Source: Pseudodesulfovibrio piezophilus C1TLV30 (GTDB lineage: Bacteria > Desulfobacterota > Desulfovibrionia > Desulfovibrionales > Desulfovibrionaceae). Taken from it: a stretch of 32,000 bases of DNA. Position 1 is the first letter of the stretch. The number at the start of each line of letters is the position of its first letter. Below are positions 16,656-26,956 of the stretch, piece after piece. Location of the stretch: the NCBI RefSeq assembly GCF_000341895.1, contig NC_020409.1, positions 1,020,001-1,052,000 of the forward strand, in the 5' to 3' direction. A program made the translations under genes and the position numbers. A model generated the notes under the pieces. That model made no database searches and was not told where the DNA came from. It saw only the letters and a list, made by a program, of their open reading frames with translations.

Positions 16656-18842
16656 TCAGAATCTGTCAAATTCCTCTCCGAACGAATCTTCATCGTGCTC
16701 CCCGGCAGGCAGTGCACGGGGAGGCATGGCATGTCCCTGCTCCTGGCGATTCATTCGATCTTCACAACCCGATAGATCAAAATAGTTGACCGCCATCTGC
16801 ATAGTCTGAGCCTGGGCGGACAACTCCTCCGCCGTACTTGCAAGTTCCTCGGAAACAGAGGCGTTCGACTGAACAATCTTATCCAGTCCCTTAACACCGT
16901 CACTGATAAAACCGACACTGTTCTCCTGTTCACTGCTTGCTGCAGATATCTCCTGCACCAACTCGGAAGTTTTCTGGATGTCCGGCACCATCTGACTCAG
17001 CATGGTCCCGGCCTTTTCCGCGACGGCCACACTGGAAGAAGAAAGCTCGCTGATTTCGGATGCAGCCTTACCACTTCGCTCGGCCAGCTTGCGAACTTCG
17101 GCCGCCACCACCGCAAAGCCCTTACCCTGCTCCCCGGCCCGAGCAGCTTCGATGGCCGCATTCAGAGCAAGAAGATTTGTTTGCCGGGCGATTTCCTCAA
17201 TGATAGATATTTTTTCAGCAATATCACGCATGGCTGAGACCGTGGCATCAACAGCTTTCCCACCTTCCAGTGCATCATTACTGGCCTTGCCTGCGATAGA
17301 TTCGGTTTCTTCAGCATTTTTGGAATTGATATCAATACTCTCAGCCATTGTTTTCACATGATCAGAGACATCAGCCACGTTTTGCGCCTGTTCAGTTGCC
17401 CCTTGAGCCACCTGAACAGACGAGGCCGCCAACTCTTCACTCCCTGAAGCCACCTGGCTGACAGAATCAACCACATGCCCGACGGTCTGGATCAGATGGG
17501 TCACCATAGTCTGCATAGCCCCATAAACAGAGTGCGAACTTGGTTGCCCGATAAATTTCACTCCAAGCTTGCCCCGAGCGATCTGCCGTGTGATGTCCAC
17601 CAGAACCAGGGGATCAGTCCCCAGTTGCCCCAGCACGCTCCTCACTATCAGCAAAGCGATGACAATACCGAAAACAAGTGCCATGATTCCAATGCTCATG
17701 GCAGTGAGACCCAACGCATTCGCCTCTTTTTCAGTGCTTCCAACCTTACTTAAGGCCTGCTCTCCTGCTTGTTCGGCAATAGCCCCGACCACTGGCATAA
17801 TTGTTTCAACTGCCGAACGCATTCTTTCGTCACTTTTCGCTATGCGACTATCCTCTGCCACAAGATCGGCAAAAGACTGCTTGTAGGCCTCGCCCATACG
17901 AATGGCCCTCTGAACATATTCAGGAGCAGCTTCTGATGTCTTGAACGCACCAATCAAATGATCCAGATTGGCATAGGTTGCCGCTACGTACTTTTCGTCA
18001 CCTCGCAGCAAGTAATCCTTTTCAGAACGGCGAACCATGAGCAGCAGACCTTTGACGTCCGGAACAAAGAGTCGCATCAATGGAGATTCTATTTCATTGG
18101 CTGCCTGTCTGACCTCCTCATAATCTCCATCAGCCCCTGATGCGGCAAACCGCGCAAAGGAATTGGAATACTTCTCGAAAGCCACTTCGACTTTCTGTAA
18201 TTCAGCTCCCTTTTCCTTGCGTGCATCAAGTCCATTTTTGAAAGATTTCATGGTTTCGGCCATTTTTGCCCGATAGGCTGTACCACCAGAACGGATGTAA
18301 TCCTTTTCCCAACGACGCATCAAAAGCAAATCAAGATACAAATCCTGTACTTGGTGCGTCACGAAAACAGCTTCAGCATCTCGGACAAGCCCCCTGAAAG
18401 CCCCTTGCAGGCCCGAATTATAATCAAGCCCCCGCCTTTCCCAGGCTGCGACCAGATCAAGAAAAGCCTTTTGGTAGGTATCTGCCGCCCCTCTGATGGC
18501 AACGGATTTATTGACAAGATCACGAGCCCCCACCTGCTCTGCAAGGCGGGCAATTTCGTCAGCACTTTTCAAAGCTTCGCCCAAATGCTCCTGAAATGAG
18601 GCAAGCGCTTTCTTGTCCTTCCCGATCAGAAAATCCTTTTCATACCGCCGGCACTCGAAGATATTCTTTTCCACGTTAAATGCATGGGATTCAATTGCGA
18701 GTTCCTCTTTGACCAGCGCCTTGAAACTGGAAACCGAAACAGTCATGGCAAATTGATATATACCAACGACAAGAAGCAAAAGAACGAGAACAATACCGAT
18801 GCCTGCCAGCAATTTCGTTTTCAGCTTGAGGCCTTGCAGCAT
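16656..18842 (-). CDS. Methyl-accepting chemotaxis protein with a large helical periplasmic sensor
   Basis: It has two TM segments and a HAMP-like linker. The conserved signalling hairpin [41 protein letters not shown] is present. The start is placed at the second ATG (18842, MLQGLKLK) because GGAGG lies 5 nt upstream. Confidence 0.9.
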   Translation of the reverse strand: MLQGLKLKTKLLAGIGIVLVLLLLVVGIYQFAMTVSVSSFKALVKEELAIESHAFNVEKNIFECRRYEKDFLIGKDKKALASFQEHLGEALKSADEIARLAEQVGARDLVNKSVAIRGAADTYQKAFLDLVAAWERRGLDYNSGLQGAFRGLVRDAEAVFVTHQVQDLYLDLLLMRRWEKDYIRSGGTAYRAKMAETMKSFKNGLDARKEKGAELQKVEVAFEKYSNSFARFAASGADGDYEEVRQAANEIESPLMRLFVPDVKGLLLMVRRSEKDYLLRGDEKYVAATYANLDHLIGAFKTSEAAPEYVQRAIRMGEAYKQSFADLVAEDSRIAKSDERMRSAVETIMPVVGAIAEQAGEQALSKVGSTEKEANALGLTAMSIGIMALVFGIVIALLIVRSVLGQLGTDPLVLVDITRQIARGKLGVKFIGQPSSHSVYGAMQTMVTHLIQTVGHVVDSVSQVASGSEELAASSVQVAQGATEQAQNVADVSDHVKTMAESIDINSKNAEETESIAGKASNDALEGGKAVDATVSAMRDIAEKISIIEEIARQTNLLALNAAIEAARAGEQGKGFAVVAAEVRKLAERSGKAASEISELSSSSVAVAEKAGTMLSQMVPDIQKTSELVQEISAASSEQENSVGFISDGVKGLDKIVQSNASVSEELASTAEELSAQAQTMQMAVNYFDLSGCEDRMNRQEQGHAMPPRALPAGEHDEDSFGEEFDRF

Positions 18843-18965
18843 GGGAACCTCCGTATACATTTTTATAAGTCAATCTTTTAATCCACTTATACACAAGAAA
18901 ACGTATACGAGAAGAGCACCATTATAATCTGAAAAACATAAATGTCTTTTCTCGAAACACTCCAA

Positions 18966-19003
18966 CGAAAAGGAGCCACGGCACTAGCCGCAGCTCCTGA
19001 AAA
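18966..19003 (-). terminator. Candidate terminator downstream of the aminotransferase gene
   Basis: AGGAGCcaCGGCactaGCCGcaGCTCCT is a two-tier hairpin followed on the minus strand by TTTTCGTT. It lies ~110 nt after the stop at 19110. Confidence 0.5.
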
Positions 19004-19109
19004 AGCACTGTGAAAATTCTCTCATCAAGCAATGGAATTCGTTTTATAAGATTAAACCGTCTTCAACTCCTCTGCCCCTCAACAGGCAAAAAATAAAAGA
19101 CGAATTCAC

Positions 19110-20249
19110 CTACAATTTCTTCAATTCCAGTTCAAGAACATTCAGATACTCGTCAAGCATCTCAGGTGTGATGTCCCCCATGTGTCCTATCCTAAAGACC
19201 TGACGACGCCCGGCTTCTTCCAATGCTTTGTTGAGCTTCCCATATCCGGGATCCATGAGATACCCAGACTGCCGAAGCGCTTCCTTGACGACCATTTTGA
19301 GCTGAACCGGCGTGACTCCGGCAGGACAAACAACAGCCGAAACCGTGGGCGAGCGAAACCCTTCAGGCGCAAACATGTCAAATCCTTCAAGGGCATTCAC
19401 CCATTGTTCGACCATGGAACGCATTTCAAGGTGACGGTCAAACCTGTTCTGAATACCTTCCTCCAACACAATATGCTCAAGCTGGACATACATCTGGTTT
19501 ACCAGAGTCGTATTTGGTGTGGTCAAGGTCTGGTTCAAACGGGCTTTGTCCAACTGCTTGAGAATATCCGTTGCATGCCCTTTATTGATCACCCGCGCAG
19601 CTTTTTCCTCGGCTTCCCGACTGATGAAACCAATGCCGAATCCGGCTGACAGAGCCAACGACTTCTGCGTTGCCGTTGAATACATAGAGGCACCGGAATT
19701 GGCGAGGTCAAGATCGGCACCACCGAAGATGGAGACCCCGTCGACCAGAGGAAGTGCACCATATTGGCGAATGAGAGCACAGACTGCTTTCATGTCGTTA
19801 ACCACACCGGTCGAAGTCTCATTATGTGTAAAGGAAACAACTTCAGGTCTCAGCTTCTTGAGTCTTGTCTCCAAAACATCAAGATCAATGGGCCGACCAT
19901 ATTCGAATTGAAGGTTCTCGGCCTTTTTACCATTGGAAACCGCAATATTATAGTAATGATCACCGAAAGCGCCCACGGAAACATTGAGCAGTGTTTCATC
20001 ATCGGCAACTAGAGAACGAATGGAAGCTTCCATTGCCGCAGAACCGGACCCCAGAAGCAGGACCGGCTCATACTCCTCGCCTGATCCAGCCAGAAGCCGA
20101 AGATTCCTGCGAATGGGACCGAAACGAAGCTCATTTTCAGCATCGCGATGACCGAACTCAGGCAGCAATGCCGCCTCTTTGATTTCCTGACGTATATAGG
20201 TCGGACCGGTGATGAACATTTTTAACGAAGCGAATTTAGGTGCACTCAT
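19110..20249 (-). CDS. Class V PLP aminotransferase (alanine-glyoxylate / serine-pyruvate / archaeal-type phosphoserine aminotransferase family)
   Basis: It carries the TATQKSL PLP-lysine motif, THNETSTGV and a C-terminal FRIGHMG. SD AGAGGG lies 8 nt upstream of the ATG. Confidence 0.85.
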   Translation of the reverse strand: MSAPKFASLKMFITGPTYIRQEIKEAALLPEFGHRDAENELRFGPIRRNLRLLAGSGEEYEPVLLLGSGSAAMEASIRSLVADDETLLNVSVGAFGDHYYNIAVSNGKKAENLQFEYGRPIDLDVLETRLKKLRPEVVSFTHNETSTGVVNDMKAVCALIRQYGALPLVDGVSIFGGADLDLANSGASMYSTATQKSLALSAGFGIGFISREAEEKAARVINKGHATDILKQLDKARLNQTLTTPNTTLVNQMYVQLEHIVLEEGIQNRFDRHLEMRSMVEQWVNALEGFDMFAPEGFRSPTVSAVVCPAGVTPVQLKMVVKEALRQSGYLMDPGYGKLNKALEEAGRRQVFRIGHMGDITPEMLDEYLNVLELELKKL

Positions 20250-20412
20250 GGCTTATACCCTCTGATGAGGTTGAAGGAGACAAAAAAAACAGCCATTATC
20301 GGAAAGAGTCTCGTTCATATAACGAAGGCAGACGGGATGTCTAGAAGAGGACGAGAGAGGAATCGGGGAAAATCGTTTTTTTCCACACCCTCGGTCTCTC
20401 ATGGGCTCGCTC

Positions 20413-20441
20413 TTGCCAAAGCCAGGAACCATTCCTATACT
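20413..20441 (+). promoter_or_regulatory. Candidate sigma70 promoter for the FAD/Fe-S oxidoreductase gene
   Basis: TTGCCA, a 17-nt spacer, then TATACT, ~65 nt upstream of the ATG at 20508. Confidence 0.4.
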
Positions 20442-20507
20442 TGCCTTTCACACCTAAAGGGAATAACCACTTTCTCTTCCCCCTGATTCAACACGGAGTA
20501 TACTGTC

Positions 20508-23500
20508 ATGGCCCAGCTTGGTCCCCATATTTCCATATCCGACGAACAACTCATCAGCCGCGCCCTGGGCGTGGTCGAGATGGACCGCTACGAACACTGG
20601 CCCGAAGGCGTCAAGAAGCTCGCCTCGAATCTGGCCGCAGAATTGTTCATGGTGCGATATAATCCCTTTATTGACCCTGAACTGGTCCGCACATCCGTGG
20701 ACCGACGCCTCAATATGTCCAAGCCCATGCTGGACAGGGAATTCGCCAAGATTCTGACCACAGGTATAGAGCTTTTCTGGGAACGCTTCGATGCAGACCA
20801 GAATTTCCGGGCCACGCTCATAGAAGAACTCAAGGAATTCATGCCGGAAGACGGTATTGGTGACGAGCCGAACTGTCGCATCGAATCCGCAACCGATGCC
20901 ACAGATCTCCGCATGGAACTTCCCATGCTCGTGCTCTTTCCTGAAACGGAATACCAGATTCGGGATATCGTCCGCTTGTCCAATGAGATGAACTTCAACG
21001 TCATCCCGCGCGGAGGAGGTACCGGAGCCACAGGCGGAGCCATCCCTGCCCTGGGACGAACCGTCATCCTTTCCCTGTCCCGCTTCAAAAAGATCATTGA
21101 TATCGATCCGGAAAACCGCATTCTGACAGTGCAAAGCGGTGTTATCACCTTGGACGCCATCAAGGCCACAGCCAAAAAGGACCTTCTTTTCACTGTGGAC
21201 CCAGCTTCCAAGGCCGGCTCCAGTCTGGGCGGGAATATCTCTGAAAATGCGGGAGGCCCGTTCGCCTTCGAATATGGCACGACCATAGATAATATCCTTC
21301 GATACCGCATGATCACTCCAACGGGAAATTTGATCGAGGTTCGCCGCAAGGATCATCCGAGACACAAGATTTATAATCAGGACGTAGCTGTCTTTGAAAT
21401 TCTCAATGAACACGGAACCCAGATTGATACGGTAATCCTCAAAGGCAGTGAAATCCGTGGCGAAGGTCTGGGAAAGGACGTTTCCAATAAATATCTCGGG
21501 GGTCTTCCTGGTGTCCAAAAAGAGGGCGTTGACGGAATCATAACCGAAGCAAGCTTCATCTGCTACCCGGCCCTGGCCCATTCTCGTGTGCTCTGCCTGG
21601 AATTCTACGGTCGCTCCATGAAGAACGCCATGTATGTCATCAAGGATGTTGTCGGCCTGCGCGACAAGATTCGGGAGGAAGGCGATCTGGTCAAAATCTC
21701 CGCCCTGGAGGAATTTGGTTCCAAATACGTCCAGGCCATAGAATATCAGGCAAAATCCACTCAGTATGAAGGTGACCCCATTTCCGTGCTGATACTCCAA
21801 CTCGACTCGGATGATCAGGAAGCGCTTGATGCCGCGAGCCAAACCATCGTCGCATTGGCTCAACCTTACGAGGGTGTTGATATCTTCACGGCTCAAGACG
21901 AAAAAGAGGCCGAACTGTTCTGGGAAGACAGACACAAACTGTCTGCCATTTCCAAACGCACATCAGGCTTCAAGATCAATGAGGACGTGGTCATCCCCAT
22001 GGAAGTCATTCCGGAATTCTCCGAGTTCCTTGAAGACTTGAACCTCATCTATCTTGCCAAAATATACCGGAAGACCCTGCACAAGGTTCGGGATATGAAA
22101 GGCGTTAATTACGAGGACGAGGATATACGGGAAGCATTGGCCCGCGCCCGTTCCATTATTGACGGCGAGGTTACCTCAAACGATTTCTCGGATCAGGAAC
22201 AAGAAGCCCAGTGCCGCTTCCTGTTTGTCAAACTCCGCGACAGTTATCCGAAACTCGACCGGGAAATAAACGCCATGTGGCATGAAATGCAGGCCAAACG
22301 CATTATCATCGCCAATCATATGCATGCCGGAGACGGCAACTGTCACGTCAACCTGCCCGTCAATTCCAATGACCCGGAGATGCTTGCATCGGCGCATGAA
22401 GCAGCTGATGAAGTCATGACCAAAGTTTTGGAAATGGGTGGCGAGGTTTCTGGTGAGCATGGCATCGGCATTACCAAAATAGCCTTCCTGAGCGAGGAAA
22501 AAATCAAGGCCCTGGTCGAATACAAGAGCAAGGTTGACCCGAAAGATATTCTCAATCCCGGAAAATTGACTTCTCGCAAACTCCCTTGTGAGCCGTTTAC
22601 ATTCTCATTCAACCGACTCATTCAGGACCTTGATGCAACTGCCCTGCGGGATAAGGAAGCCCTCATGAGCCTGTTGCGCAACATCCAAACCTGTACCCGT
22701 TGCGGCAAGTGCAAACAGGTCTGTCCCATGTACCATCCGGCCAAGGGGCTGATGTATCACCCGCGCAACAAGAATATCTCGTTGGGTGCTATTATTGAGG
22801 GAATCTACTATTCTCAAATCCAATCGGGAGAACCCGCGCGCGAACTAATGGTTCAATTACAGGACCTCATGGCCCATTGTACAGCTTGCGGCAAGTGTCA
22901 GGCTGTATGCCCGGTCAAGATAGACTCGGCAGGGTCTGCGCTTTCCATGCGTGCCTTCCTCGATACCAAGGGCAAGTCAGGTCATCCGCTCAAACAAATC
23001 ATTCTCAAGAACCTGGCTAAAAATCCTTCAGGCAGTCTCCCGGTCACGGCCAAGCTCCTGTCTGTCGGCCAATCTGTGCAGGACAAGACCCTGGGGATGA
23101 TTCCTGCGCGGTGGCTCTCACGCGTCGAGTCGCCCATGTTCAAACACCGCAGCCCCGGTATGGACTTCAAGAATCTTGCTGAAGAACTGAAGCTCGAATC
23201 CGGCTCGATCTTCCGCAATCCCAAGGCAGCACGAGACGAAACAGTTCTGTACTTCCCTGGGTGTGGGGCATCACTCTTCTCTCGCTCCATCGGGTTGGCT
23301 TCAGTCTACCTGTTGCTCAAATCCGGTGTGAACGTGGTTTTGCCGGACCACCACATGTGCTGTGGTTATCCCCTGCTCGCTAGCGGTTGCGAAGAAGCAT
23401 ACAAAACCAACAGACATCGCAATGTGCAGGAATTCCTGGACCTCCTGGTTAAAACAGGTAAAGCAGGACTCAAGGCAACAACTTTGTTGACGGCCTGCGG

Positions 23501-24038
23501 GACATGCCGCGAATCGTTACAAACATATGATTTCTCAGGTGAACTAGTAGAACCACTTGCTCACTACGACGTGATGCAGTTCCTCATGGACAGGCTCCCG
23601 CCCATGAGTCAGACCGAACCGGTTCTCTACCACTCTTCGTGCCATGCCGAGTGGGTGGATGCTCCCAAGGTCAAAGCCCCGGAGATGTATCGCTCCGGAC
23701 TTGAAAAAATGACCAACACAACTGTGGATCTTTCTCCCGGCTGTTGTGGGGAATCCGGTCTTGGAGCATTGACAGACCCGACCATTTACAATTTGTTGCG
23801 CGAAAGAAAACAGTCACAGATGCAGTCGGACCTCGGCATGGACCAGACCAGACCTATTGTAGTCGGATGCCCTTCATGCAAGGTCGGCATCAAACGCTCC
23901 ATGCTCCAGATGAAGCGTTCGAACCGAGTCATGCATACCTCGGAATACCTGGCCGAATGCATTGGCGGAAAGAAATGGCGCAAGGAACTTAAGGGGTTGA
24001 TGAAATCGATCGAAAGAAAAGGCGCTGACAACTCATAG
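20508..24038 (+). CDS. Large FAD-linked oxidase fused to a 2x[4Fe-4S] / CCG-domain Fe-S oxidoreductase (GlcD-GlcF fusion, YdiJ-like), 1176 aa
   Basis: It has a PCMH-type FAD domain (VIPRGGGTGATGG) and an FAD-oxidase C-terminal region (HAGDGNCHVN, GEHGIG). Two ferredoxin motifs follow (CTRCGKCKQVCP and CTACGKCQAVCP), then two Cys-rich CCG-type repeats (FPGCGAS...MCCG and SSCH...GCCGESG). Confidence 0.9.
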   Translation: MAQLGPHISISDEQLISRALGVVEMDRYEHWPEGVKKLASNLAAELFMVRYNPFIDPELVRTSVDRRLNMSKPMLDREFAKILTTGIELFWERFDADQNFRATLIEELKEFMPEDGIGDEPNCRIESATDATDLRMELPMLVLFPETEYQIRDIVRLSNEMNFNVIPRGGGTGATGGAIPALGRTVILSLSRFKKIIDIDPENRILTVQSGVITLDAIKATAKKDLLFTVDPASKAGSSLGGNISENAGGPFAFEYGTTIDNILRYRMITPTGNLIEVRRKDHPRHKIYNQDVAVFEILNEHGTQIDTVILKGSEIRGEGLGKDVSNKYLGGLPGVQKEGVDGIITEASFICYPALAHSRVLCLEFYGRSMKNAMYVIKDVVGLRDKIREEGDLVKISALEEFGSKYVQAIEYQAKSTQYEGDPISVLILQLDSDDQEALDAASQTIVALAQPYEGVDIFTAQDEKEAELFWEDRHKLSAISKRTSGFKINEDVVIPMEVIPEFSEFLEDLNLIYLAKIYRKTLHKVRDMKGVNYEDEDIREALARARSIIDGEVTSNDFSDQEQEAQCRFLFVKLRDSYPKLDREINAMWHEMQAKRIIIANHMHAGDGNCHVNLPVNSNDPEMLASAHEAADEVMTKVLEMGGEVSGEHGIGITKIAFLSEEKIKALVEYKSKVDPKDILNPGKLTSRKLPCEPFTFSFNRLIQDLDATALRDKEALMSLLRNIQTCTRCGKCKQVCPMYHPAKGLMYHPRNKNISLGAIIEGIYYSQIQSGEPARELMVQLQDLMAHCTACGKCQAVCPVKIDSAGSALSMRAFLDTKGKSGHPLKQIILKNLAKNPSGSLPVTAKLLSVGQSVQDKTLGMIPARWLSRVESPMFKHRSPGMDFKNLAEELKLESGSIFRNPKAARDETVLYFPGCGASLFSRSIGLASVYLLLKSGVNVVLPDHHMCCGYPLLASGCEEAYKTNRHRNVQEFLDLLVKTGKAGLKATTLLTACGTCRESLQTYDFSGELVEPLAHYDVMQFLMDRLPPMSQTEPVLYHSSCHAEWVDAPKVKAPEMYRSGLEKMTNTTVDLSPGCCGESGLGALTDPTIYNLLRERKQSQMQSDLGMDQTRPIVVGCPSCKVGIKRSMLQMKRSNRVMHTSEYLAECIGGKKWRKELKGLMKSIERKGADNS

Positions 24039-24061
24039 CCCATTTTCGTAAAGACACGGAG

Positions 24062-24100
24062 CGGCCTGTGGAGTACTTTCATTCCACAGGCCGTTCTTTT
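24062..24100 (+). terminator. Rho-independent terminator after the FAD/Fe-S gene
   Basis: An 11-bp perfect stem CGGCCTGTGGA / TCCACAGGCCG is followed by TTCTTTTCTC. Confidence 0.8.
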
Positions 24101-24254
24101 CTCTCTCATGCCTCAGAGTAAGTGGCATCGTAAAATAATATATTTTGAAGGCGTTTGATATTGACCCGAAACGATTCCCGTGTTTGTTTCCGACCATGTT
24201 GTTCATACACACTGCAAAGTTACGCTCCCTTTCCTGGATGGCGATAGGATAACC

Positions 24255-24665
24255 ATGCGCGCCTTGAGCATTGATTTCGGCCTCAAGCGTGTCGGATTAG
24301 CTGTTTCCGACCGTACAGGAACCCTGGTTTCGCCCTACCGGACCATAGAGCGAACCACACGCAATGCCCTCTTTGACGAACTCATTGAGATCATTGTAAA
24401 GGAATCGGTTGAAGCTGTCGTTGTCGGACTGCCTCTTTCCCTGTCGGGCGAAGACACCCTGACCACTCGGCAAGCTCGTAATTTCGCCGCCAGTCTGGAA
24501 CGTCGGACAGACCGCCCCATATATCTGATGGATGAACGACTGACCTCAGCAGAGGCTGAAGAAGAACTCAACGCCGCCAATGTACGCGGCAAGAAACGAA
24601 AGATGGCCCTGGACAGTCAGGCGGCCGTCATCATACTGCGCTCATGGCTCGAAAACGCACACTGA
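24255..24665 (+). CDS. ruvX: Putative pre-16S rRNA nuclease / Holliday junction resolvase-like YqgF
   Basis: MRALSIDFGLKRVGLAVSD...VVGLPLSLSGE...MDERLTS matches the YqgF pattern. The start is at ATG 24255, not the longer ORF-track start. The conserved ruvX-mltG pairing is present. Confidence 0.88.
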   Translation: MRALSIDFGLKRVGLAVSDRTGTLVSPYRTIERTTRNALFDELIEIIVKESVEAVVVGLPLSLSGEDTLTTRQARNFAASLERRTDRPIYLMDERLTSAEAEEELNAANVRGKKRKMALDSQAAVIILRSWLENAH

Positions 24666-25723
24666 TTTTCTCCCTTCTCACCCTCATTATCCTTGTCGGC
24701 TTTTCGACCGGCGGATATCTGGGATACAAGGCATGGCAGGAAAAACAATTCCTGACCACTCCCCCGGAAACTCCAGGGCTCGACATCATATTCCGTATCG
24801 AACCAGGGCAGATTTTTACCACCATTTCTGCCAATCTCAAAACCGCCGGACTGGTTACCAATACGCATAGGTTTCGTAAACTGGCCAGTTCCAAAGGCAA
24901 GACCGCGCTGATCCGGGCTGGAGAATTCAAATTGAATACAGGATGGACACCTGGTCGCCTGCTCCACGAACTCACTTCCTCAACCGGCATCATGAAACGA
25001 GTCTCCATTCGCGAGGGATTAACCTGGTGGCAAACGGCCGCCCTTATCCAACAGGCGGGAATGGGAACGCAAGATCAATTTACCAAAGCAATCGCAGACC
25101 CGGCCATCCTCGATGAATTCGACATACAGGCCTCCAATGCCGAAGGCTATCTCTTCCCGGAAACCTATTTGCTCACCCCTCCGCGAAACGACCAGTCTCA
25201 CACTATTGTTCGAACCATGCTCAAGGAATTCTTCAAGAACGCCAACAAGGTCTGGCCGAGGGGACTGCCACAGTGGCACGAGTTACATACCGCAGTCATC
25301 CTGGCTTCTCTCGTTGAAAAGGAAACAGGCATCCCGGAAGAACGCGCCCGCATTGCAGGAGTTTTCCACAACAGAATCAAAAAGAGGATGCTCATTCAGG
25401 CTGATCCCACCATTATCTATGGGCTGGGGCCTTCTTTTGATGGGAATATAACCAAAAGCCATCTGTTGGACCGAGAGAATCCTTATAATACTTATGTGCA
25501 CCGGGGGTTACCCCCTGGCCCCATCTGCTCCCCCGGCCTGGAGTCACTCATGGCCGCTGTCCATCCTGAACACCATGACTTTCTTTACTTCGTGGCCAAA
25601 GGTGACGGCGCCCACCATTTCAGCAAAACTCTGAAAGAACATAATATCGCGGTCAGAAAGTATCAGCTTGAACGAAATCGAAAGACCTACCGCTCTCAAC
25701 CTGCGAGTTCCACAACGCCCTGA
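24644..25723 (+). CDS. mltG: Endolytic murein transglycosylase MltG (YceG family)
   Basis: An N-terminal TM anchor is present, with EGYLFPETY, ASLVEKE and Y..YNTY...GLPPGPI motifs. It overlaps the ruvX 3' end by 22 nt. Confidence 0.88.
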   Translation: MARKRTLIFSLLTLIILVGFSTGGYLGYKAWQEKQFLTTPPETPGLDIIFRIEPGQIFTTISANLKTAGLVTNTHRFRKLASSKGKTALIRAGEFKLNTGWTPGRLLHELTSSTGIMKRVSIREGLTWWQTAALIQQAGMGTQDQFTKAIADPAILDEFDIQASNAEGYLFPETYLLTPPRNDQSHTIVRTMLKEFFKNANKVWPRGLPQWHELHTAVILASLVEKETGIPEERARIAGVFHNRIKKRMLIQADPTIIYGLGPSFDGNITKSHLLDRENPYNTYVHRGLPPGPICSPGLESLMAAVHPEHHDFLYFVAKGDGAHHFSKTLKEHNIAVRKYQLERNRKTYRSQPASSTTP

Positions 25724-25765
25724 CCTCTATCGAATTTGGCAGGCTCAAACAGTGTTCTTCCTGCA

Positions 25766-26899
25766 TCAAGCGTGTTTCTGATACCCATGAGACAATGCAT
25801 GGAGTTTCTCTCCAGCCTTGAGTCCATGTCCTGTAAAGACTGTGACAATGCTCTCACCCGAACGAGCACTCTCTCCATATCGAGTTGCACCGGCAATAAC
25901 AGCAGCCGAAGTAGGTTCGATACAGTAGCCCCGCCGCCCCATATCATTCAAGGCAGTGTGAATCTCCCCTTCGCTCACAGACAGGAACATGCCGTCTGAA
26001 CAACGTACCGCATCAAGCATTTGAGGACCACGCACAGGAGCAGCTATCGCTATTCCTTCGGCTAGGGTTGGCAGGGTGTTGACCTCTGAAACCAATTCCT
26101 GCCCTCTCTCAAAGGCATGAGACAAAGGTGCACAGTGAGCCGACTGCACGGCAATCAGCCGAGGGATCGATGTAATGATTCCCAATTCTGCCAATTCGGA
26201 AAATCCAAAGAATGCACCAAGCAGAAGGGTTCCATTACCAGCCGGGAGCACCACGGTATCCGGACCTTTCCAACCAAGTTGCTCAACGACTTCATAGGCA
26301 AAGGTTTTGGTTCCATGAAAAAAATACGGATTATAGACATGGCTGGCGTAAAAGGTACTTGCGGCAGCGCGCATGCAGGCTGAAGCTGTTTCTTCCCGAC
26401 TTCCTTCCACCCGAACAAGATCCGCCCCATACAATTCTATCTGCCCCAATTTTCCGGGAGAATTATCCGCAGGGACAAAAATGCGACAGGCAATTCCCGC
26501 CTTGGCGCAGTAGGCGGCAACGCTGCACCCGGCATTACCTGAAGAATCTTCCACAACCTTGAGAACCCCCAGATGCCGAGCCATGGCTATCATCACCGAA
26601 GCTCCCCGATCCTTATATGAACCGGTAGGAGAAAGTTGTTCCTGCTTGACCCACATTTCCCGATGACCAACGACAACTGGCAGCAGAGGGGTCATTCCTT
26701 CCCCCAAAGTTAATTCCACACCATCAGGCACAGGAAGCGCCTCACGATACCGCCAAAGCGTCGCAGGCCGGGAGCTGACATCATCAGGATCCAGAGAAGG
26801 CGTGAAGTCAAGATCGAGAAGCCCTTCACAGTCGCATTGCCAACGCAGTTCATTCCCTGCGTACTCCTTGCCGCAGGAACGGCACACTAATGATGTCAT
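25766..26899 (-). CDS. Threonine-synthase-like PLP-dependent (fold type II) enzyme with an N-terminal Cys4 ribbon
   Basis: It carries CRSCG...CDC, LGEGMTPLL, the SPTGSYKDRG PLP-lysine motif and SSGNAGCSVAAY. It is the last gene of a four-gene minus-strand operon. Confidence 0.8.
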   Translation of the reverse strand: MTSLVCRSCGKEYAGNELRWQCDCEGLLDLDFTPSLDPDDVSSRPATLWRYREALPVPDGVELTLGEGMTPLLPVVVGHREMWVKQEQLSPTGSYKDRGASVMIAMARHLGVLKVVEDSSGNAGCSVAAYCAKAGIACRIFVPADNSPGKLGQIELYGADLVRVEGSREETASACMRAAASTFYASHVYNPYFFHGTKTFAYEVVEQLGWKGPDTVVLPAGNGTLLLGAFFGFSELAELGIITSIPRLIAVQSAHCAPLSHAFERGQELVSEVNTLPTLAEGIAIAAPVRGPQMLDAVRCSDGMFLSVSEGEIHTALNDMGRRGYCIEPTSAAVIAGATRYGESARSGESIVTVFTGHGLKAGEKLHALSHGYQKHA

Positions 26900-26956
26900 C
26901 GTATTCTCCCTCTTGTGAATACCCTATCTTCAAACAGGAAAACACCTTTAAACGTG

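Noticed and set aside
18861-18965. A possible MCP promoter: TATAAT on the minus strand near 18925-18935, and TTGACT close to the start codon.
   Set aside because: No acceptable -35 lies at 16-18 nt from the TATAAT, and the TTGACT is too close to the start codon. No sigma28-type TAAA-N15-GCCGATAA element was seen, so no promoter is called.
20454-21935. A 493-aa ORF on the minus strand.
   Set aside because: It is entirely antisense to the motif-rich FAD/Fe-S oxidoreductase gene. Its product is low-complexity with no recognisable motifs, and it has no SD. It is a shadow ORF of a long coding region.
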